Below are positions 32,005 through 41,223 of a stretch of 62,712 nt of DNA, piece after piece (positions within the stretch are counted from its first letter, which is position 1; every line of letters starts with the position of its first letter). The stretch spans positions 1-62,712 of the forward strand of contig NZ_JMCB01000033.1 in the NCBI RefSeq assembly GCF_000737315.1, written 5' to 3'. This DNA comes from Hyalangium minutum (GTDB lineage Bacteria > Myxococcota > Myxococcia > Myxococcales > Myxococcaceae). The translations under genes and the position numbers were made by a program. The notes under the pieces were generated by a model. That model saw only the letters and a list, made by a program, of their open reading frames with translations, searched no databases and was not told the origin of the DNA.

Positions 32005-32733
32005 ATGCGGCTTTTGCCCGTTGCGCTCCTGTTGTTTGCCCTGCCTGCCCTGGCTCAGGTGGATGCCCGCGTGGCGTTCCTCACCAAGCAGCTAGAGAAG
32101 GGCAAGGATCCTCGTGCCCGCTCCCAGGCGGCGCTGGTGCTGGGGGCCACCGAGGAGCCCGAGGCCGTCCGCCCGCTGTGCACGGGGCTGGAGGATGAGA
32201 GTGAGGTGGTCCGCGCGGCCGCCGCCAAGGGGCTGGCGACGCTGAAGGAGGCCTCGGGCCTGGATTGCTTGAAGAAGCACCAGGAGAAGGACGCCGCCAC
32301 GCTGGTGGCCGTGCGCGAGGCCATCAAGGCCCTGGAGGACTTCAAGAACCGCAAGCCGCGCCTGTACGTGGCGCTAGGGCTGAAGGACAAGACGGGCTCA
32401 CTGTCTCCGGAGTTGGTGAAGATCTCCGAGGAGCGCCTGAAGCGGCGGCTCATCCACGCGGGGGCGATGCTGGCGCCTCCCAAAGAGACAAAAAAGGCCG
32501 CGCAGGGCGTGCTGAAAAAGAACAGCATCCGTGGCTACCAGCTCAACATCGAGATTTCGAATACGGAGGGCGGCGGGCTGCGCCTGGCCGTCCTGTGTTT
32601 GCGGTACCCGGACATGGCCCTGCTCGGGCAGGTGGACGTGCAGGCCTCCGGGGCCGAGCCCGCGGATCTCCTCAAGGCGCTGATTCCCAAGGCCATCGAG
32701 GACGCCGCGGAAACCTTCGAGTGGAGTACCTGA
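32005..32733 (+). CDS. exported HEAT-repeat protein
   Basis: Signal peptide (ALA-Q) and HEAT/PBS-like repeats (RARSQAALVLG, VVRAAAAKGL). Confidence 0.7.
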   Translation: MRLLPVALLLFALPALAQVDARVAFLTKQLEKGKDPRARSQAALVLGATEEPEAVRPLCTGLEDESEVVRAAAAKGLATLKEASGLDCLKKHQEKDAATLVAVREAIKALEDFKNRKPRLYVALGLKDKTGSLSPELVKISEERLKRRLIHAGAMLAPPKETKKAAQGVLKKNSIRGYQLNIEISNTEGGGLRLAVLCLRYPDMALLGQVDVQASGAEPADLLKALIPKAIEDAAETFEWST

Positions 32734-32740
32734 AACCCCT

Positions 32741-33472
32741 ATGTCCTCAGAACCGCAGAAGGATGGCAGCAAGCGGCGCCAGTGGCGCAACTTCCTCCTC
32801 GAGCCGAAGTTCCAGCTGAAGTTCACGGTGTACCTGATTGCCGTGGCGCTGGTGGTGGCGGCGGGGCTGGGGGTGTTCCTGTACCGGAACACGCGGGCGC
32901 TGCTGGACGAGGCGAACAACTCACTGGAAGCCCGCTCGCGCGCCGCCGAGGCCAGCCGCGAGCTGTCCAACGCCACGCTCTCCAACGAGCTCATCAAGCG
33001 GATGGGGGATCCGGTCTTCGTGGCGCAGCTGGAGGCGACCTCCAAGGCCATTGACGAGCGCTACGAGGCGGAGCGGGCGGCCATCGTCGCGCAGAAGGCG
33101 GAGCTGGAGCGGCGCCAGCGCACCATGTGGACGGTGTTCATGGGCGCATTCGCGGCGTTCCTGGTGTTGATTGCGCTGACGAGCATCGTGCTGACGCACC
33201 GGGTGGCCGGCCCGCTGCTGCGCATCCGCCGCATGGTGAAGGACGTGGCGGGTGGCACCATCCGTCCGCCGCCCTACGGGCTGCGCGACAAGGATGAGCT
33301 GAAGGACCTCTTCGATGCGACGCGGGGCATGATGCACGTGCTGCGCAAGCAGGTGGAGGATGACGCGCTGGTGCTCAGTCATGCGCTGGAGCGCGCCCAG
33401 CAGGAGGGCGTGAAGAGCGAGTGGATGGATGACCTGCGCACGCTGGAGTCGCGTATCAAAGGTCGGCTGTGA
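32741..33472 (+). CDS. two-TM membrane protein with HAMP domain and no output domain
   Basis: RRQWRNFLLEPKFQLKF, two TM helices, THRVAGPLLRIRRMVKDVAGG ... DKDELKDL. Confidence 0.7.
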   Translation: MSSEPQKDGSKRRQWRNFLLEPKFQLKFTVYLIAVALVVAAGLGVFLYRNTRALLDEANNSLEARSRAAEASRELSNATLSNELIKRMGDPVFVAQLEATSKAIDERYEAERAAIVAQKAELERRQRTMWTVFMGAFAAFLVLIALTSIVLTHRVAGPLLRIRRMVKDVAGGTIRPPPYGLRDKDELKDLFDATRGMMHVLRKQVEDDALVLSHALERAQQEGVKSEWMDDLRTLESRIKGRL

Positions 33473-34751
33473 CACGGGTGTCCCGGCTCCACGCGGGCAG
33501 GGACTCTTCTGAGAGCAGCTGAGGCAGGACCAGGTCGCGGAGCGCCATGAGCGTGCGGTTCTGCTGGATGTTGGCGTTCAGCATGTCCAGGAGGGGCCGC
33601 GTGTGCCGGTTGAGCGCCTCGGCGCACTGCGTATCAGGGAGGGCAATCGGGTAGTGGGCCATGCGCTCCCAACTCGTCCGAGGCATTCGCGTGCCGCCGG
33701 AGCCCAAGTCGGTGTAGCTGACGAACTCCGCACTGGAGAGGTGGCCGAGCACAAGACTCGCGTACACCGGGTCCGTGGGCTCCACCACGACGATGTCGGT
33801 GGAGCAGACGCCGTCAACAGGAGCGATGCCCACCTTGTGGAAGTAGGGGCGCAGCTTGCCGAACAGGAAGTGGCCCGCGCGGAACCGGCACTTCTGGCTC
33901 TGTACCTCCGAGGCCTCTCCCCAGCGCGGCAGCGTGATGGACCGCGGGGGCATGTGCTCCAGCCCGATGTAGGGGGTCGAGCCCTCGATCTGTCCGGGAT
34001 AGACGATCTCCCGGATCTGGCGGGCGACGTCCCCCAGGGTGCCCCAGCGCCAGCCCGTGGGCAGGGCCCCTTCCTCTGTCAGGTCGAACGTGCTCGGGAA
34101 CAGCGCCGCAGTCTCGGCACTCATACCCAGCGGTGCGTGTCCTTCGGCCTTCGCGGCCACCGGCTGGAAGGTGACGAACCAGGCTTCGAACAGCGTCCGG
34201 ATCAGTTCCTCGATCGTCCGGTTCAGCTGGCGGGTGAGCTCAAGCCTCTCATCGAGCGTCCCCAGCACCTCAGCAATGCGCCGCTGGACCTGGACCGGCG
34301 GCACCTCGACCTCGTGCCGCTCCAGGGCGGAGGACTTGAGGTACGGCAGCGCTGAGCCCTCGATCAGCTCCTCGAAGTCGAGTGTGCACAGCAGGTAGTA
34401 GAGAAAGCGCGCGTCCACGCTCTCGCGAGGGACGGCCGCCATCAGGTTGTTGTCGAGCAGGGTGGGCCGTGTCGTCAGCCGCTTCCGGTTCTGGCGGATC
34501 GCCTCGCCGATCTTCGCGAAGATGACTGAGCCTGCGGGAATGGGCCGGGCCCGTAGCTTCGCGGCGGTCTCGGCGTCCACCGCGTTCTCCGCGCCCACGA
34601 TGAAGAGCTCGTTGCCGGGGCGGTTCAAGTCGCTGACCTTGAGGAACGGAAACTCGCCGTGGTTGTGCCCCTGAAACTGGGGCGGAAAGGCCACCCCCGC
34701 CCGGAGCTCACACAGCTCCCCCAGCGTCACAGTCCTGCGTTCACTCGCCAT
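33456..34751 (-). CDS. hsdS: type I restriction-modification specificity subunit
   Basis: Two TRDs separated by conserved regions (PPVQVQRRIAEVLGTLDERL, LPTGWRWGTLGDV, RDLVLPQLLS). Confidence 0.9.
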   Translation of the reverse strand: MASERRTVTLGELCELRAGVAFPPQFQGHNHGEFPFLKVSDLNRPGNELFIVGAENAVDAETAAKLRARPIPAGSVIFAKIGEAIRQNRKRLTTRPTLLDNNLMAAVPRESVDARFLYYLLCTLDFEELIEGSALPYLKSSALERHEVEVPPVQVQRRIAEVLGTLDERLELTRQLNRTIEELIRTLFEAWFVTFQPVAAKAEGHAPLGMSAETAALFPSTFDLTEEGALPTGWRWGTLGDVARQIREIVYPGQIEGSTPYIGLEHMPPRSITLPRWGEASEVQSQKCRFRAGHFLFGKLRPYFHKVGIAPVDGVCSTDIVVVEPTDPVYASLVLGHLSSAEFVSYTDLGSGGTRMPRTSWERMAHYPIALPDTQCAEALNRHTRPLLDMLNANIQQNRTLMALRDLVLPQLLSEESLPAWSRDTRVTADL

Positions 34752-36273
34752 GGCGCAGTTCCTTCACGAGCACCCGTAGCCGCGCATCCAGCGCCGCCGC
34801 CTTGTCGAGTTCCTGCTCTAGCTGCGCGGTCAGCCGGGGCAGACGCTCCTCGAATTCCTCGGCGTCCTCCAGGTTCGCGGCGCCCACGTAGCGCCCGGGC
34901 GTGAGCGCGTAGCCCTGGTCTCGTACCTCCTGGAGGCTCGCCACGCGGGCGAAGCCGGGCACCTCTTGGGGGCGGCCCTTGCGGCGGAACTCCTGATAGG
35001 TGGCGGCGATGCGGGTGATCTCCTCGGGGCTCAGCTGCTTCTGCTTCCGCGAGCCTGGGATGAGCGCGCCCATCCCGCGCCCATCGATAAAGAGGATCTC
35101 CCCGGTGCGCTTGCGGCTCTCCCGCCCGCCCGTGCGCGCCTTGGAGAGGAACCAGAGCGTGCAGGGGATCTGCGTGTTGGCGAAGAGCTGCGCGGAGAGC
35201 TGGACCACGCAGTCCACGAAGTCGGCCTCCACCAGGGTCCGGCGCACCTCCAGCCGGCCGGTCTGGTTGTTGGACAGCTCTCCTGCGGCCATGACGAAGC
35301 CCGCGGTGCCTCCCTCCTTGAGGTGATACAGGAAGTGCATCATCCACATGGGGTTGGCGTTGCGCGGAGACAGCGGCATCTTCTGCCCGGCAATCACCAG
35401 CCTGGGGTCATCCTCGGAGAGCTGGTCGGCGCCCCAGCCCTCGCGCCCCTTGGAGCCATCGTTGAAGGGCGGGTTGGACAGGATGTAGTCCGCCTTCAGC
35501 TGGGGATGCCGGTCTTCCGAGTAGGTGTTGCCCAGGCGGATGTCGCCCCCGAGGCCATGGATGAACAGGTTCACCCGGCACAGGCGGTAGGTGAACTCCT
35601 TGCTCTCCTGGCCGAAGAACATGAGCCGGCCCCGGTGCTTCGCGAACACGTCCGACTGCACGAACATGCCGCCCGAGCCGCAGCACGGGTCGTAGACGAT
35701 GCCGCGCGTGGGCTCCAGCATGGCCACGAGGAGTTCCACGATGGTGGTGGGAGTGAAGTACTCGCCGCCACGCTTGCCTTCGGAGGAGGCGAACTCGCCG
35801 ATGAAGTACTGGTAGATGCGGCCGAGAAGATCCTCCCCGTCTCCGTTGTCGAAGGCGTCGCACGAGAACAAGTGGAACAGCCGCGTCACGATGTGCCGGT
35901 CCACGTTGGACGTGGCGTAGATCCTCGGCAGCATTCCGCGCAGTGGATCCGGGTACGCCTTCTCCAGCGCCTCCAGGGCATCGTCGAGGCGGAGCTTGAT
36001 GTCGGCGTCTTCGGCGTGCGCGAGCAGCTCGCTCCAGCGGGCCTTCTTGGGAACGGGGACGGCGCCTGGCCGGTGCTTCTCCTGACGGATCGAGAGGATG
36101 CGCAGGAAGATGAAGGGGAGCACGAAGCGCTTGTACTCGGCGGGCTCGATGGAGCCTCGGAGGGCCACGGCGGCCTGCCAGAGCTCCTTGACCAGCCCCA
36201 TGATTCGGGGGGCCTGGGACGCATGCTGAGGGTGTCGCTGTCTCTGAACACCGGTTGTGGATTTCCTGGCCAA
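34741..36273 (-). CDS. hsdM: type I restriction-modification N6-adenine methyltransferase
   Basis: LWQAAVALRG, GEYFTP, YDPCCGSGGMF, ILSNPPF, LTPGRYVG. TTG start after a G-rich RBS; overlaps hsdS. Confidence 0.92.
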   Translation of the reverse strand: MARKSTTGVQRQRHPQHASQAPRIMGLVKELWQAAVALRGSIEPAEYKRFVLPFIFLRILSIRQEKHRPGAVPVPKKARWSELLAHAEDADIKLRLDDALEALEKAYPDPLRGMLPRIYATSNVDRHIVTRLFHLFSCDAFDNGDGEDLLGRIYQYFIGEFASSEGKRGGEYFTPTTIVELLVAMLEPTRGIVYDPCCGSGGMFVQSDVFAKHRGRLMFFGQESKEFTYRLCRVNLFIHGLGGDIRLGNTYSEDRHPQLKADYILSNPPFNDGSKGREGWGADQLSEDDPRLVIAGQKMPLSPRNANPMWMMHFLYHLKEGGTAGFVMAAGELSNNQTGRLEVRRTLVEADFVDCVVQLSAQLFANTQIPCTLWFLSKARTGGRESRKRTGEILFIDGRGMGALIPGSRKQKQLSPEEITRIAATYQEFRRKGRPQEVPGFARVASLQEVRDQGYALTPGRYVGAANLEDAEEFEERLPRLTAQLEQELDKAAALDARLRVLVKELRHGE

Positions 36274-36462
36274 CGTCCCCCCTTGGCAGCGCGCTGCGAG
36301 CGTCGCACTGCCTCAGTTCGGTCCAGGCTACATCGACCGGCCTCACCATGGGAGCACGGCCGTGAAACAAATACACTGGGTAGTGTTGACAGACACCGAT
36401 ACAGTGGGTTGGAAAATCCCCATGGGCCCGAGCCAGGGGCTCGATTCGAAAGGCGCTGAAAC

Positions 36463-37767
36463 ATGCATGAATCACCGGTGTATGACGCCATTGTTATCGG
36501 GGCGGGGCTCGCCGGGCTGGCCGCGGGACTGCGCCTCCAGCAGAGCGGCCTCCAGGTGCTGATCCTGGAGCGGCGCGAGGTGCCGGGGGGGCTCTGTGGA
36601 ACGCGGATGCTGGACGGCTACGAGTTCGTCATCGCCTGCAACGACTTCGGGACGGGCCTGGAGCGGGAGCTGAGCGAGCTGGGCGTCCAGGTCCGCTTCA
36701 AGCGCGTGCGGACGCGGTTCACGCTGGAGCGCGAGGTCTACGAGCTCCCGCCGACGGGCCGGATGATGCTCTCGCTCGCGCGGCACCCGGGAGATGTCTG
36801 GAGGTTGCTCCGCACGCTGAAGAACCCGGCCCTCCTGGGGCAGTACGAGACCCTCGCGCAGCTCGTGCACGGGCGTATTCGGAGCCCGGACTTCGCCGAC
36901 TTCTTGAACTCGTTCGCCTATCCGTCTTCGAGGACGCCAGAGGACCTCCGGATCGACGAGCTGCTGGCGGGCTTCTCCAAGGAGTACGCCTACGGGTACG
37001 ACCAGTCGATCATCCCCGAGGGAGGGCCGGGTGTGCTCGTCCAGCGGATGGTCGAGCGGTTCGAGGCGCTCGGGGGCAAGCTCCTGCTGCGCACGGAGTG
37101 CACGGGCATCTCCATCCGGGGAGATCTCAAGGCGGTCGCCACGGCTGGCGGCGAGTACATCGCGCGGCAGGTCGTCACGAGCGAGCCGCGGTGGGGCAGC
37201 TTCCCGGCGGATGCGAAGCCGGGGCTGGCGCTGGGGATGATCCACCTCGCGGTGAAGAAGAGCCTGCCGTTCCCGCAGGGGTTCCACACGATCACGTGGT
37301 TTCCGCGCAACGTGGTGGGCTGGATGCGCAGTCTGGACGAGGGGCAGATGCCGGAGGCGTTCGGGTTCCACCTGTTCGCGAGCGACTTGCCGCCCAAGCC
37401 GGACTACTACTCGATCAACCTCTATCTGCCGTTCCCGCGTGGGGTGGAGGAGTTCTCTCCGGAGGAGCGCCAGCGCGTCGAGCGCTATGCTCTCGAGAAA
37501 GCAGAGCGCCTGCTGCCGGGGCTCCAGGCTGCACTCCTTTATCAGCGCTTCGTGTCCGTGAAGGAGTACAGCCAGCTGCACGGCCTGTCGTGTTACCCGG
37601 TGCCCGCGTTCTCCAAGACGAGCGTCCACAAAGCGCCGGGCTATGACCCGGCGCGGGACGTGTTCCATGTGGGCAACTCCGTGCACCCACCAGGAGAGCA
37701 CGCGGGAGCGGCCGTGCTCTCGGCCCGCCTTGCCGCGAAGGCGGTGTTGCGCAGAGTGCGCACCTGA
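36463..37767 (+). CDS. FAD-dependent oxidoreductase, phytoene desaturase/amine oxidase-like
   Basis: IVIGAGLAGLAAG, ILERREVPGG, C-terminal FHVGNSVHPPGEHAGAAVLSA. Confidence 0.8.
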   Translation: MHESPVYDAIVIGAGLAGLAAGLRLQQSGLQVLILERREVPGGLCGTRMLDGYEFVIACNDFGTGLERELSELGVQVRFKRVRTRFTLEREVYELPPTGRMMLSLARHPGDVWRLLRTLKNPALLGQYETLAQLVHGRIRSPDFADFLNSFAYPSSRTPEDLRIDELLAGFSKEYAYGYDQSIIPEGGPGVLVQRMVERFEALGGKLLLRTECTGISIRGDLKAVATAGGEYIARQVVTSEPRWGSFPADAKPGLALGMIHLAVKKSLPFPQGFHTITWFPRNVVGWMRSLDEGQMPEAFGFHLFASDLPPKPDYYSINLYLPFPRGVEEFSPEERQRVERYALEKAERLLPGLQAALLYQRFVSVKEYSQLHGLSCYPVPAFSKTSVHKAPGYDPARDVFHVGNSVHPPGEHAGAAVLSARLAAKAVLRRVRT

Positions 37768-37797
37768 CCTTCGCGGGTCGAGGTGCCCAGGTGCAGC

Positions 37798-40749
37798 TCA
37801 GGGGCGGTTCGGGTCGACGGTGAGGCCCATCTCGCGCAGCGCCGCGTGGATGCGCAGGCGGGCCTCGGCCCAAGGCAGGGCCTCCACCCGGTAGCCCGAC
37901 AGCGCGTCGAGCAACTGGGAGCGGTAGCTCGGATTGCCCGGGTCGGCGATCACCACCACGCCCCGGTCATTGTGCGAGCGGATCAACCGCCCCACCCCCT
38001 GGCGCATCAGCAGCAACGCTCGAGGCAGCCGGTACTGGATGAACCCGAGGTACTCACTGCCACCACGGGTCAGCGCCTCCTCGCGCGAGGCCACCAGCGG
38101 CCGGCTCGGAGGCTCCAGCGGCAGCTTGTCGATGAAGACGCACCCCACGCCGCGCCCGGGGATGTCCACGCCTTGCCAGAAGCTCTTGGTACCCAGCAGC
38201 ACCGTGCCCGCGTCCCGCTCCTGTCGTGCCACCAGCGAGCGCCCGTGCCCACGCGTCTGCCGCATGACCTCGATGCCCATCGGCTCCAGCCGGGACTGCA
38301 CCGCGAGTCCCACCCGCTCCATCCGCCGCGTGGAGGCGAACAGGCCCAGCAGTCGTCCGCCCATGGCCTGGGCCAGTCCGGAGATGCGCATCGACGCCCA
38401 CTCCACGAACGGCTCCTCGTGGGCCCGCGGCGCGTCCGTCACCAGCACCACCAGCGCCTGCTCCCGCAGCTTGAAGGGGGAGGGGGCTCGCAGCAGCCGG
38501 GGCGCGGGTGTCTCTCCACGCCCCGACAGTCCCAGGCGCCGTAGGACGAATGGGTTTTCCTGCCCTGTGCTCAGTGTGGCCGAGGTCAGCACCAGCGACC
38601 GCTTCGTCGCCGCGAAGTCGCGCGACACATACGACGAGACGTCGATCGGCTGCGCTCCCACGCTCCACCGGGAGCGCTTGGGCTCCGCCGTGGCCGCGTA
38701 GCACCGGCTCTCTGCAGGCTCTCCCGCCAGTTCTTCCGCCAGCCTCGTCAGATCCGCCAACTCCGAGGCAGCACCCGCCAGCTCGCGCTCGAGCGCTGGC
38801 TGCCGCACCGCCATGTCTGGCATGGCCTCGGGCACGAGCAGTGTCAGCACCTTGTGCACCCGCTGCAGCACCTCGCGCATGTCCTGGAGGGATTCACGGA
38901 GGGGCGCCCACGCGGGCAAGGCCCGCACCGCCGGGGTGATCCGCAGCTCGGGGGCATAGGCCGCCTCGTCCGAGTCCTCGTTGGGCGACGCCGCGGGCTC
39001 GCACAGCGCTGTCACCTGCTCGCCCAGAACCATGGCCATGTTGAACAAGGTGCTCAGAGCGCCATGCAGCTCGTTCATCACCGCGAGACCGATGTCCCGC
39101 CGCGTGCTCACCAGGGCGCGCCGCAGCTCGGCGATGAGGCCTTTCCGGCCATCCCGCCCATTCAGCCGCTCGCTGAGCCGGAGGAAGGTCAGGTCCGACA
39201 GCTCCAGGGTGAGCGCCGTGGTGGCCACATCCTCCACCTCGTGCGCCTCGTCGAGCACCAGGTGATCCAGCTTGGGGTAGCGAGGCGGCCACGCGAAGGC
39301 CAGCGACTGGTTGATGACGAGCACATCCGCCGCCCGCGCCTGCGCCACCGCCGAATGGTAGTAGCACCGGTGGTAGTGCGGGCACCGCTCGCCCAGCGTC
39401 GTCGCCGCCTCGGAGCGCACCGCGGGCACCAGCGTGTTCATCTGCGGGAAGCGCTCGCGGAACCAGTGGCTCAGCCGATCCAGGTCCCCATCCGTGCTGC
39501 GCCGCATGAACGCGCGGAGGTAGGCCCGGGGCGCGCGGGCTTCGTGCCGCATCCCCGGTTCCACCAGTGTCGCGTCCAGCGCGCGGCGGCGGCACAGGTA
39601 GTTCGTCTGGCCCTTGAGCAGCGCGTAGCCGAAGGCGCCCCCGGTGGCACGGTGAAGCCGGGGCAGGTCCTTCTCGATGAGCTGGTCCTGCAGCGTCTTG
39701 GTGTGGGGCGCCACCGCCACCTTGCGCCCGTTGCGCGCCGCGAACAGCGCCGACGGTGCCAGGTACGCCAGGGACTTGCCTGTGCCCGTGCTCGCCTCCA
39801 CCGCGAGCTGACCGCCCTCGGAGAGCGTACGCGCCACCGCCCGCGACATCTCGAGCTGCGCGGGTCGGCTCTTGAAGCCCTCTTCCTGCTTCTCCAGTGC
39901 CCCTCCGGGCCCCAGCAGCGCCGTCACCTCGTCAGCGCGAACCGGCTGCACGGGAGTTCCCGGCTCGGGCTCGGGTGGGGCCTTGGCACCTCCGGCACGC
40001 AGGCGCTCGGGGCGGCCCTGGAGGAACCCTCCGGTGGTCTCCAGCTTGAGAGGCATCGGCTTCGCCCGGCATGCCTCCCATAGGCGGTAGAGCAGCGACA
40101 GCAGCGGTTGCTCCTCCGAGGCGCTGTCCTCGTCCACGGCCGCCTCGCCGGCCTCCGCCTGCGCGAGCCTCAGCGCCGCCTTCGAGCGAGGATCCAGCGT
40201 GGCCAACAGGTCCGCGATGTCATCCGCGCGGCCGTCGCGGATACACCCGTCCATGGCGTGCACCAGCACCGCGTGGGTGGCCAGGCAGTCCGTCACCACG
40301 CGGTGCGCCGTGCGCGGCTTCTGCCCCGCCCACCGCAGCATCGACTCCAGCGAGTGGCTCGACAGCTCCGGGTGCAGGTAGTGCAGCAGCTCGCACGAGT
40401 CGAGCACCGGAGCGCGGATGGGCCCCAGCAAGTCCGGGAGGAAGCCTTTTTCAAAAGGCGCGTTGTGCGCCACCACCGTCCAGCCCCTGAGGGCCTCGCG
40501 CAGCTCGGCGATGTCGCTGCCGAACCGGGGCCGGCCCTCGAGCAGGGCGTCATCGATGCCCGTCAGCCGGCGGATGGTGATGGGCAGGGGCCTCGAGGGC
40601 GAGTACAGCCGGGCGATGCGGCGCACCTCCTGGCCGTTCTCGAAGAAGAGGGCACCCAGCTCGATGACCTCGTCCGTACGGGGATCCAGCCCCGTCGTCT
40701 CGAGATCGAGGAACACATGCCGTGTCAAAAGCTCCGCCGCACTGCCCAT
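37798..40749 (-). CDS. dinG: DnaQ-like 3'-5' exonuclease fused to a DinG-family helicase
   Basis: FLDLETTG, VAHNAPFE, then EASTGTGKS, VLDEAHEV, LTSATL, FWQGVDIPG, QGVGRLIRS. Confidence 0.9.
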   Translation of the reverse strand: MGSAAELLTRHVFLDLETTGLDPRTDEVIELGALFFENGQEVRRIARLYSPSRPLPITIRRLTGIDDALLEGRPRFGSDIAELREALRGWTVVAHNAPFEKGFLPDLLGPIRAPVLDSCELLHYLHPELSSHSLESMLRWAGQKPRTAHRVVTDCLATHAVLVHAMDGCIRDGRADDIADLLATLDPRSKAALRLAQAEAGEAAVDEDSASEEQPLLSLLYRLWEACRAKPMPLKLETTGGFLQGRPERLRAGGAKAPPEPEPGTPVQPVRADEVTALLGPGGALEKQEEGFKSRPAQLEMSRAVARTLSEGGQLAVEASTGTGKSLAYLAPSALFAARNGRKVAVAPHTKTLQDQLIEKDLPRLHRATGGAFGYALLKGQTNYLCRRRALDATLVEPGMRHEARAPRAYLRAFMRRSTDGDLDRLSHWFRERFPQMNTLVPAVRSEAATTLGERCPHYHRCYYHSAVAQARAADVLVINQSLAFAWPPRYPKLDHLVLDEAHEVEDVATTALTLELSDLTFLRLSERLNGRDGRKGLIAELRRALVSTRRDIGLAVMNELHGALSTLFNMAMVLGEQVTALCEPAASPNEDSDEAAYAPELRITPAVRALPAWAPLRESLQDMREVLQRVHKVLTLLVPEAMPDMAVRQPALERELAGAASELADLTRLAEELAGEPAESRCYAATAEPKRSRWSVGAQPIDVSSYVSRDFAATKRSLVLTSATLSTGQENPFVLRRLGLSGRGETPAPRLLRAPSPFKLREQALVVLVTDAPRAHEEPFVEWASMRISGLAQAMGGRLLGLFASTRRMERVGLAVQSRLEPMGIEVMRQTRGHGRSLVARQERDAGTVLLGTKSFWQGVDIPGRGVGCVFIDKLPLEPPSRPLVASREEALTRGGSEYLGFIQYRLPRALLLMRQGVGRLIRSHNDRGVVVIADPGNPSYRSQLLDALSGYRVEALPWAEARLRIHAALREMGLTVDPNRP

Positions 40750-40792
40750 GGGTAGGGCCCAGCCTAGCCGCCTTCCGGCGTCGGGCCGAGCC

Positions 40793-41212
40793 TCACTCCA
40801 CCATGAACGCGCCGCTGATCATCTGACCCATCGCGCAGCCGTAGGTAAGGGTCCCCGTCTTGTTCGGGGTGAACGCGATTTCCACGGGGGTGTTGAGGGG
40901 CAGCGGCGTGTTGATGCCGTAGTCCTTCATCACGATCTCCGTGGCGCACGTCTCCTCGGTCTTCCGGGTGACGACCAGCTTCACCGGCTCGTCCTTCTTC
41001 AGCGAGATGGGCGAGGGCTCATAGCCCTTCTCCGTCACGGTGAGCGTAATGACGCGCGGGCCATCGCCCGGCTTGCGAGTCTCGGAGGCCGCTGCGGCGG
41101 GAGGCGTCTCCGCCTTCTGCTCCTTGGAGCACCCCTGCTGCGAGGCGAGGACGGCCCCGGTAGCCGCCAGGGCCAGCAGCGGCTTGATGATCTTCGAGAA
41201 GAAACGTCGCAT
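40793..41212 (-). CDS. cupredoxin-domain exported protein or lipoprotein
   Basis: TVTEKGYEPSPI, TCATEIV, YGCAMGQMISG. Confidence 0.8.
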   Translation of the reverse strand: MRRFFSKIIKPLLALAATGAVLASQQGCSKEQKAETPPAAAASETRKPGDGPRVITLTVTEKGYEPSPISLKKDEPVKLVVTRKTEETCATEIVMKDYGINTPLPLNTPVEIAFTPNKTGTLTYGCAMGQMISGAFMVE

Positions 41213-41223
41213 GGGGTCCTCTT

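Noticed and set aside
33456-36273. Mobile defence island or prophage remnant
   Set aside because: No integrase, transposase, att-like repeats or other defence genes seen.
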